A stretch of DNA of 64,000 bases from Prevotellaceae bacterium (lineage in GTDB: Bacteria > Bacteroidota > Bacteroidia > Bacteroidales > Bacteroidaceae): contig JAQYEW010000064.1 of assembly GCA_028723455.1 (NCBI GenBank), positions 5,617-69,616 of the forward strand. Reading direction: 5' to 3'. The notes under the pieces were generated by a model. It did no database searches and was not told the DNA's origin. It worked only from the letters and a program-made list of their open reading frames with translations. Made by a program: the position numbers and the translations under genes. Of this stretch, positions 46,447 to 57,700 are shown one piece after another. How positions within the stretch are numbered: position 1 is the first letter of the stretch; the number at the start of each line of letters is the position of its first letter.

Positions 46447-48744
46447 ATGAGCACCATCGTCGCAAAAAAACAGTTCAGCGAGAAAGTCTTCCAGTTGGAA
46501 ATCAAAGCTCCCCTTATCGCTAAAGCACGCAAGGCAGGCCATTTCGTTATCGTACGAGTGGACAAAAAAGGTGAGCGAATACCTCTTACCATTGCCGGTA
46601 GCGATTTGCAGAAAGGCACCATTTCACTGGTTGTACAAGCCGTGGGTGATGGTACCAGACAGCTATGTGATCTGAACGTTGGGGATGAAATCCTGGATGT
46701 TGTCGGTCCTTTGGGGCGTAATACACACATCGAGAACTTCGGCACCGTGCTTTGTGCGGGTGGTGGCGTGGGCACAGCCCCCATGTTGCCCATCGTGCAG
46801 GCCTTGAAGGCTGCCGGCAACCGTGTGATAAGCGTAATTGCAGGCCGAAGCAAGGATCTCGTTATCCTTGAGGACGAAATACGCGCTGCAAGCGATGAAG
46901 TGATTATCATGACCGATGATGGAAGCTATGGTCAGAAGGGTGTTGTTACAGCCGGTATGGAACAGGTGATTCTGCGTGAGCATGTGGATAAATGCTTTGC
47001 CATCGGTCCCGCTATCATGATGAAATTCTGTTGCCTGCTGACGAAGAAATACGGTATTCCCACGGACGTTTCCCTGAATACCATCATGGTGGACGGCACA
47101 GGTATGTGTGGAGCTTGCCGTATCACCGTTGGCGGCCAGACGCGCTTTGTATGTGTGGACGGCCCTGAGTTCGACGGCCATCAGGTGGATTTTGATGAGA
47201 TGTTGCGACGCAGTGGTGCTTTCAAGGCCGAGGAACAAGAGGCCATGATTGCTAATGAGGCACAGCATCAGGACACCACAACACCTCTTGCAGAGCTTAC
47301 CGACCGCAATGCCCCTTGGCGTGAAACTCTTCGCAAAAGAATGAAAGCCAAGGAGAGAACCGCCATCGGACGTGTTCAGATGCCCGAACTGGATCCCGTC
47401 TATCGTGCCACCACGCGCGTTGAGGAGGTGAACAAAGGCCTGACCATAGAGCAAGCCATGACGGAGGCGAAGCGATGTCTGGATTGCGCCAAGCCTACCT
47501 GTATGGAGGGTTGCCCCGTGAGCATCAATATCCCGTCCTTCATTAAGAATATCGAACGTGGAGAGATATTGAATGCAGCCCGCGTACTGAAGAGCACCAG
47601 TGCCCTGCCTGCCGTATGTGGCCGCGTTTGTCCTCAGGAGAAGCAGTGTGAAAGTCAGTGTATTCACCTTAAGTTGAATGAGCCGGCAGTGGCTATCGGT
47701 CATTTGGAACGCTTTGCCGCAGATTTTGAACGCGAGAGCGGACATATTGCTCTACCTGAGGTTGCTCCGAAGAATGGCAAGAAGATTGCCGTCGTGGGTA
47801 GTGGTCCTTGCGGCCTCAGTTTTGCCGGGGATATGGTGAAATTGGGTTACGACGTAACGGTTTTTGAAGCCCTTCACGAAATTGGCGGTGTACTGAAATA
47901 CGGTATCCCGGAGTTTCGCCTGCCTAACGAAATCGTAGATGTTGAAATATCTAATTTGGAGCGGATTGGCGTCAATTTTATAAAGGATTGCGTTATAGGA
48001 AAGACCATCTCTGTCCGGGAATTGGAGGAGCAAGGCTTCATGGGTGTTTTCGTAGCCAGTGGTGCCGGCTTGCCTAACTTTATGAATATTCCTGGCGAGA
48101 ACAGTAACGGTGTCATGTCCAGCAATGAATATCTGACACGTGTCAATCTGATGGATGCCTCCAATCCACATACGGCGACACCTATTAAGAAAGCTCATAG
48201 CGTAATGGTAGTAGGCGGTGGCAATACGGCAATGGACAGTTGTCGTACTGCCAAACGACTGGGCGCAGAACGTGTCTTTATCGCTTACCGCCGCAGCGAG
48301 GCGGAGATGCCCGCACGTTTGGAGGAGGTGAAGCACGCCAAGGAAGAAGGCATTGAGTTCCTGACGCTGCACAACCCCATCGAATACCACGCCGACGAGC
48401 GTGGTAATGTAACCGAAGTGGTTTTGCAGAAAATGGAACTGGGCGAACCCGATGCCAGCGGACGTCGCAGTCCGCAACCCATCCCCGGCGCAACGGAAAC
48501 GATAGCTATTGACCAAGCAATCGTAGCTGTGGGTGTAAGTCCCAATCCCATTGTGCCCAATAGTATCGAGGGACTGAAGTTAGGACGCAAAAACACCATC
48601 TCCGTCGATGAAAACATGCAGACGAACATCCCGACTATCTTTGCCGGAGGCGACATTGTTCGCGGTGGGGCTACCGTTATCCTGGCAATGGGCGACGGAC
48701 GTCGTGCTGCCGCAGCCATGCACCAATATCTGACTTCCAAATAG
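46447..48744 (+). CDS. Fused PyrK/NfnA-like FAD/[2Fe-2S] domain plus GltD/NfnB-like NADPH-dependent oxidoreductase
   Basis: ORF track, 765 aa. N-terminal motifs are GHFVIVRV..GERIPLTIA.. and CGACRITVGGQTRFVCVDGPEF. The C-terminal part has 4Fe-4S Cys motifs (CLDCAKPTCMEGCP, CGRVCPQEKQCESQC) and two dinucleotide folds (VVGSGPCGL, VVGGGNTAMD). Confidence 0.88.
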   Translation: MSTIVAKKQFSEKVFQLEIKAPLIAKARKAGHFVIVRVDKKGERIPLTIAGSDLQKGTISLVVQAVGDGTRQLCDLNVGDEILDVVGPLGRNTHIENFGTVLCAGGGVGTAPMLPIVQALKAAGNRVISVIAGRSKDLVILEDEIRAASDEVIIMTDDGSYGQKGVVTAGMEQVILREHVDKCFAIGPAIMMKFCCLLTKKYGIPTDVSLNTIMVDGTGMCGACRITVGGQTRFVCVDGPEFDGHQVDFDEMLRRSGAFKAEEQEAMIANEAQHQDTTTPLAELTDRNAPWRETLRKRMKAKERTAIGRVQMPELDPVYRATTRVEEVNKGLTIEQAMTEAKRCLDCAKPTCMEGCPVSINIPSFIKNIERGEILNAARVLKSTSALPAVCGRVCPQEKQCESQCIHLKLNEPAVAIGHLERFAADFERESGHIALPEVAPKNGKKIAVVGSGPCGLSFAGDMVKLGYDVTVFEALHEIGGVLKYGIPEFRLPNEIVDVEISNLERIGVNFIKDCVIGKTISVRELEEQGFMGVFVASGAGLPNFMNIPGENSNGVMSSNEYLTRVNLMDASNPHTATPIKKAHSVMVVGGGNTAMDSCRTAKRLGAERVFIAYRRSEAEMPARLEEVKHAKEEGIEFLTLHNPIEYHADERGNVTEVVLQKMELGEPDASGRRSPQPIPGATETIAIDQAIVAVGVSPNPIVPNSIEGLKLGRKNTISVDENMQTNIPTIFAGGDIVRGGATVILAMGDGRRAAAAMHQYLTSK

Positions 48745-48748
48745 CAAA

Positions 48749-50011
48749 ATGAAGAACCGCATATTTCTGATTTTATTTTCCCTCCTGTTGTTGTGTCCGA
48801 CTTTGATGGCACAACGCAGGCGTGGCACCACAACCAAGCGTCAGCCGACGCCTGTTGTCAGTGTTGACTCTCTCCTCCGTAACTATGATTTCACAGGAGC
48901 GGAGAAACAGCTGAACGAGACCATTCAAAAAAAACGCAGAGCCAAGCATAGTACGCTGAAGGAAGAAGAGCAATTAGACATAGCACGCAAGGGCCAGCGC
49001 ATGATGAGTGCCGTAGAGCGTGTGGTCGTGTTTGACTCGCTCATCCTCCCCCGCCAACGCGTTTTAGAGACGCTACCTTTGAGTGCGGAGAGTGGCAAGG
49101 TACTTTCCTCTGCCGCTTTGGGTGTTTCGGAGAATACAGACGCTACGGGATTCTTGTCAGAGATGGGTGATCAGATAATCTATGCCAACACAAACATTCA
49201 AGGTATCCTGCAACTTTACGGAGGTTCCATCATCGGTGGTGAATTAGAATCACCCCAATCACTTACGGGGCTTGATGCGGAAGGTTCTGTCAACTACAAC
49301 TATCCTTTCATGATGGCAGACGGTACCACGCTGTTTTATGCCAAGCAAGGCTCTGAGTGTTTGGGCGGTTACGATATCTACATGACGCGTTATGATAGTG
49401 AAGAACGTCGTTTTCTGATTCCTGAGAATATCGGAATGCCATTCAACTCTCCTGCCAACGACTATCTTTATTGTGTTGACGAATCGCTCAATATAGGATG
49501 CTTCGTTTCTGACAGAAACTGTCAGGGAGACAGTGTATGTATATTCTATTTCATCCCCAACCAAAGCCGACGTGTGTATATTGCCGAGGAAGTGGGAAAT
49601 GATGCTCTGCGTCAGTTGGCACAGCTATCCAACATCCGCCTTACTTGGTCTGAGGAGTCTCAGGTCCGTGCAGCACTGGCCCGTTTGCAGCAAGGCAGAC
49701 AAACGCAAAACAACGTCTCTGACAGTGAATTTTCATTTGATGTTGCCGACAACCGTACCATTCGTAACGTAAACCAGTTGAATAATCCTCAAGCTCAAGT
49801 TTCTGCACGACAATGGGTAGCGTCCAAAGCTAACCTCAAGCGACTGGAAAAGGATTTGGAAAACAAACGTATCCAGTGGAGCAAGGCAATGACGGCAGAA
49901 AAACAACGCCTGGCCGAAGAAATACTGCAACAGGAAATGCAAAAAGAAACACTTCAGAAGCAAATCATCACGCTTGAAAATCAAGTGCGTCGACAAGAGT
50001 TGGGCTTATGA
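48749..50011 (+). CDS. Hypothetical secreted protein with PD40/TolB-like repeat segments and a C-terminal coiled coil
   Basis: ORF track, 420 aa. The signal peptide is MKNRIFLILFSLLLLCPTLMAQ. It contains ..DGTTLFYAKQGSECLGGYDIYMTRYD.. and a heptad-like tail. Confidence 0.6.
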   Translation: MKNRIFLILFSLLLLCPTLMAQRRRGTTTKRQPTPVVSVDSLLRNYDFTGAEKQLNETIQKKRRAKHSTLKEEEQLDIARKGQRMMSAVERVVVFDSLILPRQRVLETLPLSAESGKVLSSAALGVSENTDATGFLSEMGDQIIYANTNIQGILQLYGGSIIGGELESPQSLTGLDAEGSVNYNYPFMMADGTTLFYAKQGSECLGGYDIYMTRYDSEERRFLIPENIGMPFNSPANDYLYCVDESLNIGCFVSDRNCQGDSVCIFYFIPNQSRRVYIAEEVGNDALRQLAQLSNIRLTWSEESQVRAALARLQQGRQTQNNVSDSEFSFDVADNRTIRNVNQLNNPQAQVSARQWVASKANLKRLEKDLENKRIQWSKAMTAEKQRLAEEILQQEMQKETLQKQIITLENQVRRQELGL

Positions 50012-50027
50012 TGAATCATTGTACCCG

Positions 50028-50330
50028 ATGAGCAGAATTCACCAAGAGCAAAAGATTGTCCGTAGGATGATTGAGTTGTATTGCAAGCACAGACTACATC
50101 TGGACACCATTCCGGAAGAGTATCAGCATTTGGCAGATTACGCATGTCATCGGCTTAACCGCTGCAGGTATGGTGAACGGAAGACTGCATGCAAAGACTG
50201 CTCCACACACTGTTACGCCCCGAAAGAACGGGCAAAAATACGTGAAGTCATGCGCTGGGTTGGTCCAAGGATGTTTTTCTATGCTCCCATAGAAGCCTTA
50301 AAACATTTTTTCCGCAGTTTTGTGGCATGA
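50028..50330 (+). CDS. Nitrous-oxide-stimulated promoter (YgbA) family protein
   Basis: ORF 49974..50330 trimmed to M19. The Cys-rich pattern is LYCKHRLH...CHRLNRCRYGERKTACKDCSTHCY.. Confidence 0.7.
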   Translation: MSRIHQEQKIVRRMIELYCKHRLHLDTIPEEYQHLADYACHRLNRCRYGERKTACKDCSTHCYAPKERAKIREVMRWVGPRMFFYAPIEALKHFFRSFVA

Positions 50331-50336
50331 AGGAAC

Positions 50337-50834
50337 ATGGGTAGAGTTATAAGACATGCTTGTCATGAAGACATCGCAGCAATCATGAAAGTCATGGATG
50401 CCGCAAAAACGATAATGCGACAATCCGGAAACATGCACCAATGGGGAGATGATTACCCATCAGAGGAGGTCTTAGGAGTAGATATGCAGGGAAGAGGTGG
50501 CTATGTAATCGAAGATAATGGAAGCCTTGTTGGCTATTTTGCTTTCTTGCCATCGCCAGAACCCACTTATGCGAAGATTTATGATGGAGAATGGCTGGAT
50601 GATAGGCTCCCCTATCACGTTATTCATCGGATTGCCAGTTATCCAAATGTGCATGGCATTTTCAAAAGTATAATGGATTTCTGCTCTTCTCTTGAAACGA
50701 ACATCCGAATTGACACCCACCAAGACAATAAGATAATGCAATACAACATTGCAAAGCACGGGTTTGCTTATTGCGGAATTATCTGTCTGTTGTCGGGAGA
50801 CAAGCGTTTGGCATATCAGCGCATGAAAGAATAG
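50337..50834 (+). CDS. GNAT family N-acetyltransferase
   Basis: ORF track, 165 aa. The size and the motif ..HRIASYPNVHGIFKSIMDF.. fit an acetyltransferase-like fold. The assignment is moderate. Confidence 0.6.
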   Translation: MGRVIRHACHEDIAAIMKVMDAAKTIMRQSGNMHQWGDDYPSEEVLGVDMQGRGGYVIEDNGSLVGYFAFLPSPEPTYAKIYDGEWLDDRLPYHVIHRIASYPNVHGIFKSIMDFCSSLETNIRIDTHQDNKIMQYNIAKHGFAYCGIICLLSGDKRLAYQRMKE

Positions 50835-50925
50835 TCTGTGCTACAAATAAAACATATCACACACGATTCAAAGTTAATAAAACATAAACCCATATACAAT
50901 CGCTTGCGATATAAATAATTCTTCT

Positions 50926-50933
50926 TACCTTTG
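50926..50933 (+). promoter_or_regulatory. Bacteroidota -7 box (TAccTTTG) for the glutathione peroxidase gene
   Basis: The sequence is tacctttg, 43 nt upstream of the ATG at 50976. Confidence 0.45.
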
Positions 50934-50975
50934 TGTTCGGAAACATAGTAAAGACTAAAAAACAAAGAGTAGAAA

Positions 50976-51521
50976 ATGGAAAAGATTTATGATTTCAAGG
51001 CTCTTACGAGCAAAGGTAAAGAGATTAATTTTTCTGCGTATAAGGGGAATGTTCTGCTGATTGTCAATACAGCCAGTAAGTGTGGCTTCACTCCCCAGTT
51101 CACGGGATTGGAAGAGTTAAACCAAAAGTACAAGGACCAGGGGCTGGTTGTTATAGGGTTCCCCTGCAACCAGTTCAAGGAGCAGGATCCCGGTGCAGAC
51201 AGTCAGATTGAAGAGTTCTGCCAAATGAACTATGGTGTTACCTTCCCAATCATGAAGAAGACCGACGTAAATGGTCCTGCAGCGGAACCCATTTTTGAAT
51301 ACCTCAAGGCACAAGCTCCTACGGAAGAATACCATGGTTTGAAGGCCAAAGCAGCAAAATCCCTGTTCAAAGCTATCAGCAAGAGTGTCGAAAAGGATAG
51401 TGATATCAAATGGAACTTCACCAAGTTTTTGATTTCCAGGGACGGAGAAACCATCAAGCGATTTGCTCCCACCACAGAACCCAAGGACTTTGAGAAAGAC
51501 ATTGAGGCCATGTTGGGCTAA
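50976..51521 (+). CDS. Glutathione peroxidase
   Basis: ORF track, 181 aa: LIVNTASKCGFTPQF, LVVIGFPCNQFKEQDPG and WNFTKFLI. Confidence 0.93.
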   Translation: MEKIYDFKALTSKGKEINFSAYKGNVLLIVNTASKCGFTPQFTGLEELNQKYKDQGLVVIGFPCNQFKEQDPGADSQIEEFCQMNYGVTFPIMKKTDVNGPAAEPIFEYLKAQAPTEEYHGLKAKAAKSLFKAISKSVEKDSDIKWNFTKFLISRDGETIKRFAPTTEPKDFEKDIEAMLG

Positions 51522-51531
51522 CAAAACAAAA

Positions 51532-51566
51532 AAGGCGTTGGAAAATAATTTCTAACGCCTTTTTTG
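51532..51566. terminator. Bidirectional intrinsic terminator between the gpx gene and tRNA-Pro
   Basis: The stem aaggcgtt (51532-51539) pairs with aacgcctt (51554-51561), with T-runs on both strands (tttttg on plus, ttttgtttt on minus). Confidence 0.7.
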
Positions 51567-51570
51567 TTTG

Positions 51571-51643
51571 TCGGGGTGACCCGGCTCGAACGGGCGACCA
51601 CCTGGTCCCAAACCAGGTGCGCTACCAACTGCGCTACACCCCG
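51571..51643 (-). tRNA. tRNA-Pro (anticodon UGG)
   Basis: The minus strand folds as a cloverleaf: cggggtg ta gcgc agttggta gcgc a cctgg tttggga ccagg tggtc gcccg ttcgagc cgggt caccccg a. The anticodon loop is ttTGGga. CCA is not encoded. Confidence 0.9.
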
Positions 51644-51749
51644 ATTGCATTTAATCGTTTCCGCTAAATGCGGTGCAAAGATACGCAAAAAAGTTAAGAT
51701 TTGGCACCATTAACGAAGATTTTTCTTTTCTTGCATCAACTTCTACAGA

Positions 51750-54710
51750 TTATCTTCCGCAAAGCGTACGAAAATCGCAGCCAGGACAGAAGTCCTCGGG
51801 CTTCTGTGTTTGTGAAAATGGAATCTCTGCATTAAAGATTTCGGTAATAAGCAAGCGCAGACCCTCTGTAAACTCTGTAATCATTTCGTGGGGAATCTCA
51901 TGTAACACTTCACGATCCAACTTCAAAGAAGGAGAATATTGCTCCGCATTTCTGGCTTCACGCGGATAAAACAGGCATGGGCTAACAGGCAATTCCTGTT
52001 TTTGCATAAGGAGCATGGCATAGAGGAAGGTCTGCAGGTAATAATACTCACTTCCAACAGCAGCGCGGGCAAAGAAACCATGTATGTCTTTGGGAATTGT
52101 TTTAGGTTTTCCCGTCTTGTAGTCAACAACACGAAGGGTTGGTTGTCCTTCAATTTCCATAATATCCATGCGGTCCACACGTCCGCCGATACGGACATTG
52201 CGTTCGCCTGATGGGCATGAGATTTGCATTACACTACTAACCGTCTGTTCCATGCCATACATCGTAAAGGGAGTGTGCTTATAATCCCAATCAAGCAGAT
52301 ACTCCATCAAACGCGTAAGCACATCACGTACAATCATGGGAAGCCCTGCAAAGGAAGCATCACCCGCTTGGGCATTGCGCTCTTGATAAAGCGCGTTTAC
52401 CATGGCCAGCAGTGTCTCCCTGTCAGATGCCTCAAGGTAAGGTTGCAGGAATGCTCTTCTTGCTTCCGGTTGTTTATAGGAGTCATATTGATCGCCCAAG
52501 AAGTAATCCACCCAAAAGGCAAGGTCGATGTAAGCAGAGAGCAACATCTTAGCCTTGGCCTTTTCTCCTTCCGTTTCCTGTCGGTCCGGCAAGAGAGGCA
52601 GCAAGTCTTCGGCTGAAATCCGGTCTGTACCTGAGCAGTGTTTCAAATGGGTATAAACGAACTCTGCGCTATCGTGGAACAGCGTACCAATAATCAGGTT
52701 GTCGATGCCCTCCTCTCGACGATATGGAATGTTCAGCTGTGCCACGTTTTGGAAATAGAATTTCAGGGGGCAGCTTAGGTAGGATGCCAATGCCGAAGGA
52801 GAGAGCCGATGCACGGCCTGGCAATTTTCATCAAACTGCGAAGCCAACAAATCCATAATCTCCGGTGTCTTGTCGACAGTGATTTGTTGCATCTCTTGCG
52901 GTTTCAGCGAAGGTTCCAATCTCAAACACTCGATTTCCAGCGATGTCTCTGCCAACAGCTGACGCAGAAAGCGACTTTGCTCGCGCTGTGTTGCGCCATT
53001 ACTGTTGTCATTGTACATAACCGTAATGTCCTCGGCACGCTGAATGGTCCGGTAGAAATAGTATGCGAACACCGCCGTTTTACGTTCGATGGTGCTTAAA
53101 TTAAAACTGGGCTTCAGGCAATAGGGAATCATGGATGTGTCATCAACCTTGCGGGGAAGGAATCCCTCCCCCACGCTGAGCATCAGAATATGTCGGAAAT
53201 CCAGATTTCGCGCTTCCAAAAGTCCCATGATTTGAAGCCCGCTGTCCATCTCACCGTGGAAAGGCACACTGACACTGTGCAAGGCGCGCCGAATCAAACG
53301 ATACAGCGTATGGCGCCGTACAGGAAGACCGCCCGCTTCAATTAGTTGAGAGAATTGGTTCAAGGCCAGATAGCATTGAAAAGCACTCTCTGTATATAGT
53401 TGACGCAACTTACCATCTTCCAGGCTGCCGTCGTTGACGCGCTGACTCAACAGCTCTGTTTCATCAATCAGCCAATTCAGCATGTCGTTATCGGAAGGGA
53501 GATACTTCAACTCCATGTCTGTGGTGGCAAAGGGATTGGTTTGCACACGTGCCAGAAACGAAGGTCGGAAGTGTCCCAGCGTTTCATCCCATCCATAGGT
53601 TTGAAGCTCCAGAAGCGACAACAGATAGCTGTATATGGGAGTTTCTGTAAGCGGAAAGCCCATCGTAATGTTTACCGCACTGGGGGCGTATGACGCTTCA
53701 TCCGGATTTGGTACGCTGTTCAGGATAGCGTTCACCAGCGTTTCGTCGCAAAGGATCACTGCGCTTTCATTCTCTTTGTCTGTAAGCTTTTCTTCCAGCC
53801 AAGTGGGTACATAGCGTGCTTGGGCATTGTCCGTATTGGTCGCGATGAAACGAACCTTTTTCTCACTGCCCAGCAGGTTGTCGTAAATATCTGCGGGCAA
53901 GGCATTGGGATAACGCTTTACGTTTTGGCGCATGAAGAGTCCCGCCTCCTGTTCTTTGTTTTTGAAATAGAAATCATCATAATCCCAATAGAACGTGGCA
54001 CATCCCGCTTCCTGAAGCGCATCGAAAAGCATTTGCTCTACATCATCCAGAACATTGAAGCCTACAAAGGCAAAGTTGCGCCCGTGAATGCTCGTTGGCA
54101 AACCATCGTGCTGCAACTGTTCTGCCACACTGCGATAGATGGCTCCTGTATATCCCATGCCCTCTTTGCGCAAACGTTCATTCAACTGTTCATAGATTCT
54201 TGGCATAGCATTCCACAAATCCATAAATCGTTGTTTTACTTTTGTCTGCTCTTCTTCATTAAAGTTACTGAAGAAATCCCTGAGTGCCTTCAACTGGTCG
54301 TCATCCAGAAAGTCATTCGTATCCATCTCCTTCAATTCGGACACGTTACGAAACAGTTTGTGAGCATCCACCAAGTGCTTGTCGATATCATCGAAATCAC
54401 TCAACAGGATTTCGCCCCAACCATAAAAATCGTCTAAGGACATCGGTTCTGCCACCAAATCCTGATAGATGTCATATAGGCGGCAAACAAGATGGATGGG
54501 TGCTTCTTTCTTGAGGGACGAGAGTTGAAGAAAAAGTTGGTCGATAGTCGTATATTGTGGTGCCCAAATAGGTCCGTCTGCGGCCTCCAGAAGCAGGTGG
54601 TTCATGTACAGGGCAGCACGCTGACCAGGCAAAACGACGGTCAGATGGTTGAGATTGCTGCCGTAGGCGCTAATCAGATGACGGGCTACGTGTTCAAGAA
54701 ATGTTTTCAT
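51750..54710 (-). CDS. AddB-like PD-(D/E)XK nuclease subunit of a helicase-nuclease complex
   Basis: ORF track, 986 aa. The C-terminal nuclease domain carries Fe-S cysteines (..CPLKFYF.., ..CPGCDFRTLCGR). It is translationally coupled to the upstream helicase gene by a 4-nt overlap. Confidence 0.8.
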   Translation of the reverse strand: MKTFLEHVARHLISAYGSNLNHLTVVLPGQRAALYMNHLLLEAADGPIWAPQYTTIDQLFLQLSSLKKEAPIHLVCRLYDIYQDLVAEPMSLDDFYGWGEILLSDFDDIDKHLVDAHKLFRNVSELKEMDTNDFLDDDQLKALRDFFSNFNEEEQTKVKQRFMDLWNAMPRIYEQLNERLRKEGMGYTGAIYRSVAEQLQHDGLPTSIHGRNFAFVGFNVLDDVEQMLFDALQEAGCATFYWDYDDFYFKNKEQEAGLFMRQNVKRYPNALPADIYDNLLGSEKKVRFIATNTDNAQARYVPTWLEEKLTDKENESAVILCDETLVNAILNSVPNPDEASYAPSAVNITMGFPLTETPIYSYLLSLLELQTYGWDETLGHFRPSFLARVQTNPFATTDMELKYLPSDNDMLNWLIDETELLSQRVNDGSLEDGKLRQLYTESAFQCYLALNQFSQLIEAGGLPVRRHTLYRLIRRALHSVSVPFHGEMDSGLQIMGLLEARNLDFRHILMLSVGEGFLPRKVDDTSMIPYCLKPSFNLSTIERKTAVFAYYFYRTIQRAEDITVMYNDNSNGATQREQSRFLRQLLAETSLEIECLRLEPSLKPQEMQQITVDKTPEIMDLLASQFDENCQAVHRLSPSALASYLSCPLKFYFQNVAQLNIPYRREEGIDNLIIGTLFHDSAEFVYTHLKHCSGTDRISAEDLLPLLPDRQETEGEKAKAKMLLSAYIDLAFWVDYFLGDQYDSYKQPEARRAFLQPYLEASDRETLLAMVNALYQERNAQAGDASFAGLPMIVRDVLTRLMEYLLDWDYKHTPFTMYGMEQTVSSVMQISCPSGERNVRIGGRVDRMDIMEIEGQPTLRVVDYKTGKPKTIPKDIHGFFARAAVGSEYYYLQTFLYAMLLMQKQELPVSPCLFYPREARNAEQYSPSLKLDREVLHEIPHEMITEFTEGLRLLITEIFNAEIPFSQTQKPEDFCPGCDFRTLCGR

Positions 54711-57700
54711 ACGCGCTCTACCATGTTCTTATATACATACCAGAGATAGCCCTCCACTTGCTTTTCGGGGTACATCTGGTGCATTAAATCCATATACTGT
54801 TTTACTTGTTCGTTATAATCCTGATGAGGTTTGCCGAACTTAAAGTCCAAAACCACTACCCTCTCCTTGTCCATCATGACGCGGTCGGGGCGCAGTTCTT
54901 TCACTTCTCCGTCAACGGACACCAACACATTACATTCATTATACAGTTCCATCTCGCCTGCAAACCATTCGGCTACCAGAGGGTTGTTCAGACCACGCCT
55001 GGCAAGCGACAAGACTTCGCGTACCTGTGATTCATTTCTTAGTACGCCCTGTCGCAGCATATCTTGCACTACGCTCTCAGCTTCCTCTACTTTCTTAATC
55101 TGACTAAAGATGTAATGTAGCAGTTTGCCTTTTTCAATGTATCCCAGTTGTCTGGCGTTCTCCGCCTCCTCCGTTTCATCTCCTTTTGTACGTACGAACT
55201 GCGCGGCTGGGCGGCTCTGTCTGAACTCTGTTTTACCTTCAAAGCTGCACATTAGGCTTGGCAAGGCTTTCTGGTCAGGTGCCAGCCGGTTGTCTCTTTC
55301 CTTATCCTTCGTCTTGGACTTCTTGGCCAGATAAGGTTCGGGCATACCCAATTCAAAGACATCATTTTCCATTCCCAAGGCGGCGGCGACAATGTCGCCC
55401 GAGGTTTCCTTGGGTACGACAGCCTCTTGCAAGCGTGTTACCGACCCCCAAACCATCAGGTTACTGCCGGCGCGCGTAAAGGCAACATAGATCACGTTCA
55501 GCGCATCCGCCCGGCGTGCGTCGTGCTCCCGCTTGTAATCCGATGCAAGATTCGTATTTTGCAGTGTGGTGCGCTGCGGTACAGGCAAGGATCCCAAATA
55601 GTCCATAGGGGCATCTTCGGGGGTACACCAAAGCACCTCTCCTCCCTTATCCTCTTCTATATATTCGTCCAAAAAGGGAATAAAAACACTATGATACTCC
55701 AATCCCTTGCTGGTGTGAATGGTTTGTACGGTGATGCCGTCTACCGCTCCCGAAGGAATACTGAGCAGTTGCATTTTCTTGTCCCAATAGTCCAGGAACG
55801 AAAGGATGTCTCCCGAATTATCCGCAAGAAAGGCTTGGAGTTCGTCAAAGAAACAGAGCATGTAGGCATCCTGTCCTTCGATTTCATGCAGGCGAAACAA
55901 ACGATACAGGTGTTCGCACAACTGATGAAGTGGAAGTCGCATCAGTTCGGAACTATTGCCGAGGAATTCCTTGGGCAATGTATCTTCCGGTTTGGCGAGA
56001 ACGAAGGTCATGTCCTTCCTTCCTTCCTTGTCAACGCCCTGTTTCAATACATCTTGGAGGTAGTGTTGGACAAGATACAGCAGCGGCAGAGGATTGGGTT
56101 CTGACTGCTTGGTCTCCTGCAAATAACGTAGCGCAGCCACCAACATGTTCACGGCAACAGAGTAATTCAGCCGGAAGGCCTCGTTGCTCACCAGTTTCAG
56201 CTGAGGAAAATGTTCCGCAAAATAGGCAACCATCGGGCCTAATGATTTCTTCTCTCGGATAAGGATTGCCATCTGCGTGAATGGAACACCATGCTCCTCA
56301 TGAAGCCGCAGGATCTGTTCTCCCATTTCCTGAAGCGTTGTCGCTTGCCAAGCGGCTTTCGCCTCCTTCGCCTGTTCCTCCAGTACTTTCTTTTTGGCTT
56401 TGTCTTCCAGCTCGGAACTGTCCGGGCGTGCTTCTATGCCATCAATATGTATCCTTACGTATCCACGTCCTTCCTTGCCTTGACTTACTCCTTGCCTTAC
56501 ATCGGCATACATATCTGTCAGTCTGACAGAAGCATCTGGGCACAGGCCGTCCAGCCATTGGGCGGCTCGCACAAAGAAATCGTTATTGAAAGTGATGATG
56601 TTGCCCAAACTGCGATAATTCACATTCAGCGGTCTGGGTTCCATGACATAACCAGGCAGTCCGTGTTGGCTAAGGGCATAGAGGATTCGCCAATCACCGT
56701 TTCTCCAACGATAGATGCTCTGTTTCACATCACCAACAACCATCGACATGCCTCCTTCTGCCAGGTTATTCATCAGCAAGACCCGGAATATTTCCCACTG
56801 CAGCGAACTCGTATCCTGGAACTCGTCAATCATCACGTTATGGAAACGTGTTCCGCTCTTCTCAAACACAAAAGGAGCATCGCTTGAGCCTATCATCTCG
56901 CGTAGCAGGATAGGCGTATGGGCCAGCACAAAGCGGTTGGCATCAGCATTCGCACGTTTGATTTCCGCGTCCAAAGCCCCCATCACTCCTATTGGGTGCA
57001 TGGTTTCCATAATCAATCCTATGGTGTTCAGTATGCTCCCGCATCGCGTGTGTTCGTCGCGTAGGTTACGCAATGCGTCGGAAAGTCCCTGCAAAATGTA
57101 TTGGAAAGCTGCTGTTACGGTTTTGCGTTGTTTTACGGAAATAAACTCCAAGGGGTCGTCTACACGTTTTTGCAGGGACGGACTAAAGGTTCCATCACAC
57201 TGGCCTTCTTTAAGCCTGGTTATGTAGGGCTTCACCCAATCGTTGCCATGGCTCAGGTCGGCATAATCCACCCCGTTGCTTTCAAGAATATTTTCAAATG
57301 CCATGGCACTTTCATGCAGCTGTTGCCTGATGTCCTTCTCGCGTGTCATGAGTGCTTCCCGGAACGCTTTCAGGTGAGCCAGAGTGTAGTCCTTGTTGCG
57401 TTTGTCCAAGGGACGACGCAGGTAGACTTCTTTGAAGAGATTCTTGGCCATCCTGTTCAATGCTTTACGCACATCCCAGGTCTTGCCGTTTTCCATCTGA
57501 GTACGGATATAATCGCGCAACCAAGGCAGGAGTTCCTTGTCGTCATACTGAAGCGAATCAATCAAATGCTCCACCGCCATTTCCGTTACCGTGTCATCCG
57601 AGATATCCACCTGCAGGCGCGCCGTCAGTCCCAATTCGTGTGCCATATTGCGCAGCACCGTTTGGAAGAAGCTGTCGATGGTGCTTATGTAGAAACGCGA

